DNA of 56,934 nucleotides, counting the filler, from Platydemus manokwari (taxonomy: Eukaryota), in the NCBI GenBank assembly GCA_037951405.1. It is 5 parts of 5 records of this genome, joined end to end, with 100 filler letters (N's around TTAATTAATTAA, not from the genome) between each part and the next. Parts side by side here need not be neighbours in the genome. Positions count along the whole stretch, not along the records: positions 47,623 to 56,934 come from JBBMOY011267318.1; 4 more parts are not named here. One strand, 5' to 3'. The notes beneath the pieces are model-generated. The model ran no database searches and was not told the origin of the DNA. It saw nothing but the letters and a program-made list of their open reading frames with translations. Position numbers and translations under genes: made by a program. Below, in pieces: positions 53,431 to 56,934 of this stretch. How positions within the stretch are numbered: the stretch's first letter is position 1; every line of letters starts with the position of its first letter.

Positions 53431-54814
53431 AGGAGGAATACTTTATACAGTATATTAGTGGAATAAATGTGGTTTAATGGAAAGGAACCGCTAAAGAACA
53501 AATTATTTTAACATGATAAAATGCTTTGGTAATCTTTCAAAAGACATTAATCGAGATTGATTTTATTTAGTTTAATTAATAATTACTTGTTTGGTAATTT
53601 TAAAATTTTTATATTTTTACTTTAAAGTCAAGTTAATTTTCGTTTTTTGTTAATTTCAATTTCTTTTTTACTTTTGTAGAAACGATTATTTCAGATACAA
53701 TGTTTCCATAAATCATCGAATTAGTAAATCAACGCTATCTAATGAGAATTTCCCATTGGACTGATAAACTTAATGATTTTAAAATAAAAATACATTAAAT
53801 TGTCGTTTGGTTGTCGATTTATGAGATCAGTTAGACAGTACTGGATGAAGACACCTAGAAATGTCACGGAAATTAAATAAGTTTAATATATATATAATAT
53901 ATTATTTTCGTTTTTTGTCCAATAAACATTACAAATTTTGGTCGACGTCCTCTATAATTTGGCACATTTTTAATTACAATAAAGATTGCTGATATCTCTC
54001 TTATTAAATAAAAGCATTTTATTTACGATAATCAATACCTGCTTGTTTAAACGAATCCACAATGAATCTAACTAAATGGCGGTGGAATTGATTGGATTAT
54101 TCGACAATAATTATGGGTTGTATTTAATTAAAATAGAATTTCATTCTGCTACATTTGATATTGAAATTCCATTAGTTACCTCCAAAGATGGCAAGTTAAA
54201 AATTTAATATTTCAAATCGCGTATCAGTGCGGGTTATATAAAAAATTTTGAAATTGATTTATTGCTTCAATGTAGTGTTTTCTTTTTTATTGTATGCCAA
54301 TGTAGTTTCGTTGAATTACGATCGTTTTATTTTTCAACTTGGAATAAGATAATAATTATGGTAAAAAAAGATAATCATTTTTATTCGGTGTTAAATTTAA
54401 AAATTAGACATTTATCTTCACGTATTTTAGTGGTTTAGTAAAACAAGAAAATTTGAATTATTTAAATAAATTACATTCATTGATTTATCTAGCTTCATTA
54501 ATATTGTGATTTAATGAATTATATTACTTAAAAATAAGAGCTCATTATTTAACGAAATATTGATTTCTCATTGCCAAAATAGAAAACCAAAATCGAATTT
54601 TTAAATTTACTTATTGGTTTAGATTAATTAAGTCCTCATGAAGTGTTAGAACTCTGATATTATCTTAGGTAATTTAAGGAATAAACAAATTTCAAAAATC
54701 TAAAGGATATCACACATTTTTTAATCAATTTGTTTTTACTTACTGGAAATATATGGATTATTCTAATTGTCTTCTCTGTTGGGGTATATCACAAATCAAT
54801 CAAAAAGCTCACAA

Positions 54815-55075
54815 GAAGAAAGGAAAGAACCCTAAAAAGGGTCAATACACATAAACCCGATAAACTTACCAATCAGGTTCGTTCCAATGTTACTCCATAT
54901 TTAATAGCCAAGAATCGACAGGAAAATACCTACAAATGCCACCAAGCTCAAATATATGCCACTCGCATGATAGATGTAAGGAAAATCTCAATTAATAACG
55001 ATACACGAACAAATTCAGAGAATGGAAAACGAAGATCTGTGACATCAAGCAGACACACCCGATAGGTCTACAAAA
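54815..55075 (+). mobile_element. Possible decayed Gypsy pol C-terminus
   Basis: 'PDKLTNQVRSNVTPYLIAKNRQENTYKC' (GPY-like module), then 'RRSVTSSR..PDR.L' (RRSxRxxxxPxRL). Confidence 0.35.
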
Positions 55076-56934
55076 GAGATTGAGTTCCGTGGATTTCTGC
55101 CAGTCTTTTTTGGTCGATAACTTCAGAGCTTAACTTATGTTTGATTTTATTAATCAGTCTTTTTTATAACTTTTCATTCTGTTTTTGACTTTCGGGCGCT
55201 GATCCCATCTTGGATGATTTTCTTTGTGAATTGTACAAAGATTTACTGTTGTTGTTAATGAGACTTTGAGTGTATTATTTTGGTTAATACAAATTTTCAG
55301 ATCTAAATTGTTGATTGGTAACCCAAAATCTCTTTCGAAACATTTCTAGTACAATTAGAGAATTATAATTCTGTTGGCTTTCCACTAGCATTCTCACCTC
55401 AAATTACATTCAAAAGAATCTTAGTCAAATATTAAATCACAACGAGATCTGTACCCGAAAGACAAAAACAGCAACGTAAATTATCGATCAAAAAACACTA
55501 ACCGCCTGAATAATCACATGGCGAATTATAACAGATACACATTTTATCCACTGTAAAGGCCTGTGGTTGTTGCCAAGAATTGATTCTTTTTCAATATTAT
55601 TAAATTGATTTATTTAAAAAACTTGTTCGACAATATTTTATTAATTTTTATTTTTGATTTCAACAAAATATTAATGATTTTCTTTTAGAATTTTCTAAGA
55701 ATATTGATTTTCAATTTTTTAATTAATTTTAAAGGCTTATTTTTTATATATTCGACACATTTATAGGGAACTAATTCCACATAATTCCATGAAATTTATA
55801 TGGCTATTAATAGTTATATTTAATACGACGGTGTGTATAACCAATCCAATGCCATTTACGATTATATATTGTAAATATCAAGCAACTATTTTACAAACAA
55901 ACATACTAATACTTATCAAATTAACAATATATATTCTCTAAATTATGACATAACGCGTAACCATTTGTCATTCAAATTTGTTCAAATTTTCTTCATCAAA
56001 CAATAATTTAATCTTTATTTCTTTGGATCAATCGCGATCAACATTTTGAATTCAAGAACACAAGTGAAATAGTTAATAAATTAGGAAGCTCTTTAAATAA
56101 AGTGTTCGTTATTCAACCTTCTGTGGATTGGACGCTTTAATTATGATTTAACTATGATCAATCGATATGAATCGATTTTTTTTTTCGATTGGTTTGGAAA
56201 AGTATCATAGCAAATGTTGTCAATTGTAGTTTAAGATTTCTCAATTAAAGGAGAAAAATTTTGTATTAATTTCATGAAAAGTTTAAATCGATAATTATAA
56301 TCTGAGAAATACTGAGATGATATAATTTAAGTTTTTATATTCTAAAATTATTTTTAAATTTATTTTTAAAATTATTTTTGAATTTTATTTAAATCGAAAT
56401 AAAAATATGAGCTACTTCTGCTATTTTTTTACCCTGAAAAATGGGAAAATGGTGCTGCACTTAGTCCGGAGATTGTGATTGGTTTATTAAGATTTATCTG
56501 AAGAGAAAATTACATAAAAATAAAATTAAAATTGCAGTGAAACAAGTTACCGTGCGAACATTATTAATAGTTTCGGTATACATTTGTTAATATCCAATGG
56601 AAGTAAGTTACTGAGCGGTATCCATTTTTTCTATGAACTGATTAGAGATATAATGATTTATTGATAATAATAATAAGTAAAATAAATAAACATCTTATAT
56701 CCAAAGATATAAGACGATTTGTTTTACCAAATTGATCGAATTCTATATAAAATAAAAATTATAAAATTACATCGAGTCTTTAAAAGACAAGTCGCCCAAG
56801 GGATTTTGCAAAATGTAGAGCCATAGTAATAACAGTTTCCCAATTTTAAATATCTAGTAAGGAATACCAGTCCTTCTCATGTGTGAGTATGGGAAGTGTG
56901 TTTTGAGGGGGAAGGGTGACGTGAATAGCTGGTA

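Overview
AT-rich nuclear DNA from an animal, most likely a triclad flatworm (planarian). The embedded mitochondrial block uses the flatworm code (AAA=Asn, AGA=Ser, TGA=Trp) and triclad gene order. The window is five contigs joined by identical artificial 100-nt linkers (N44-TTAATTAATTAA-N44), so adjacency across linkers is not biological. Contig 1 carries a 3'-truncated CHD6-9/Kismet-type chromatin remodeller with 7 coding exons. Contig 2 carries a decayed non-LTR RT, a type III hammerhead ribozyme with a G12A core change, an intronless tandem double-RING gene and a ~6 kb NUMT (nad5-S2-D-R-cox3-C-I-Q-K-atp6-V-nad1-W-cox2-P-nad3-A). In the NUMT, cox2 is about twice normal length and an inverted nad3 piece sits at the left edge. 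Contig 3 is gene-poor, with transposon debris (DD37D maT) and a 33-bp minisatellite. Contig 4 has a non-LTR RT remnant, a fold-back repeat, a Sam68/KHDRBS-like STAR gene and PSMD7, both genes with 41-46 nt introns. Contig 5 has the first exon of a TASK-type K2P channel, head-to-head with an intronless 277-aa ORF that looks like a divergent MEI4. All homology calls are by eye from remembered motifs; no searches were run.
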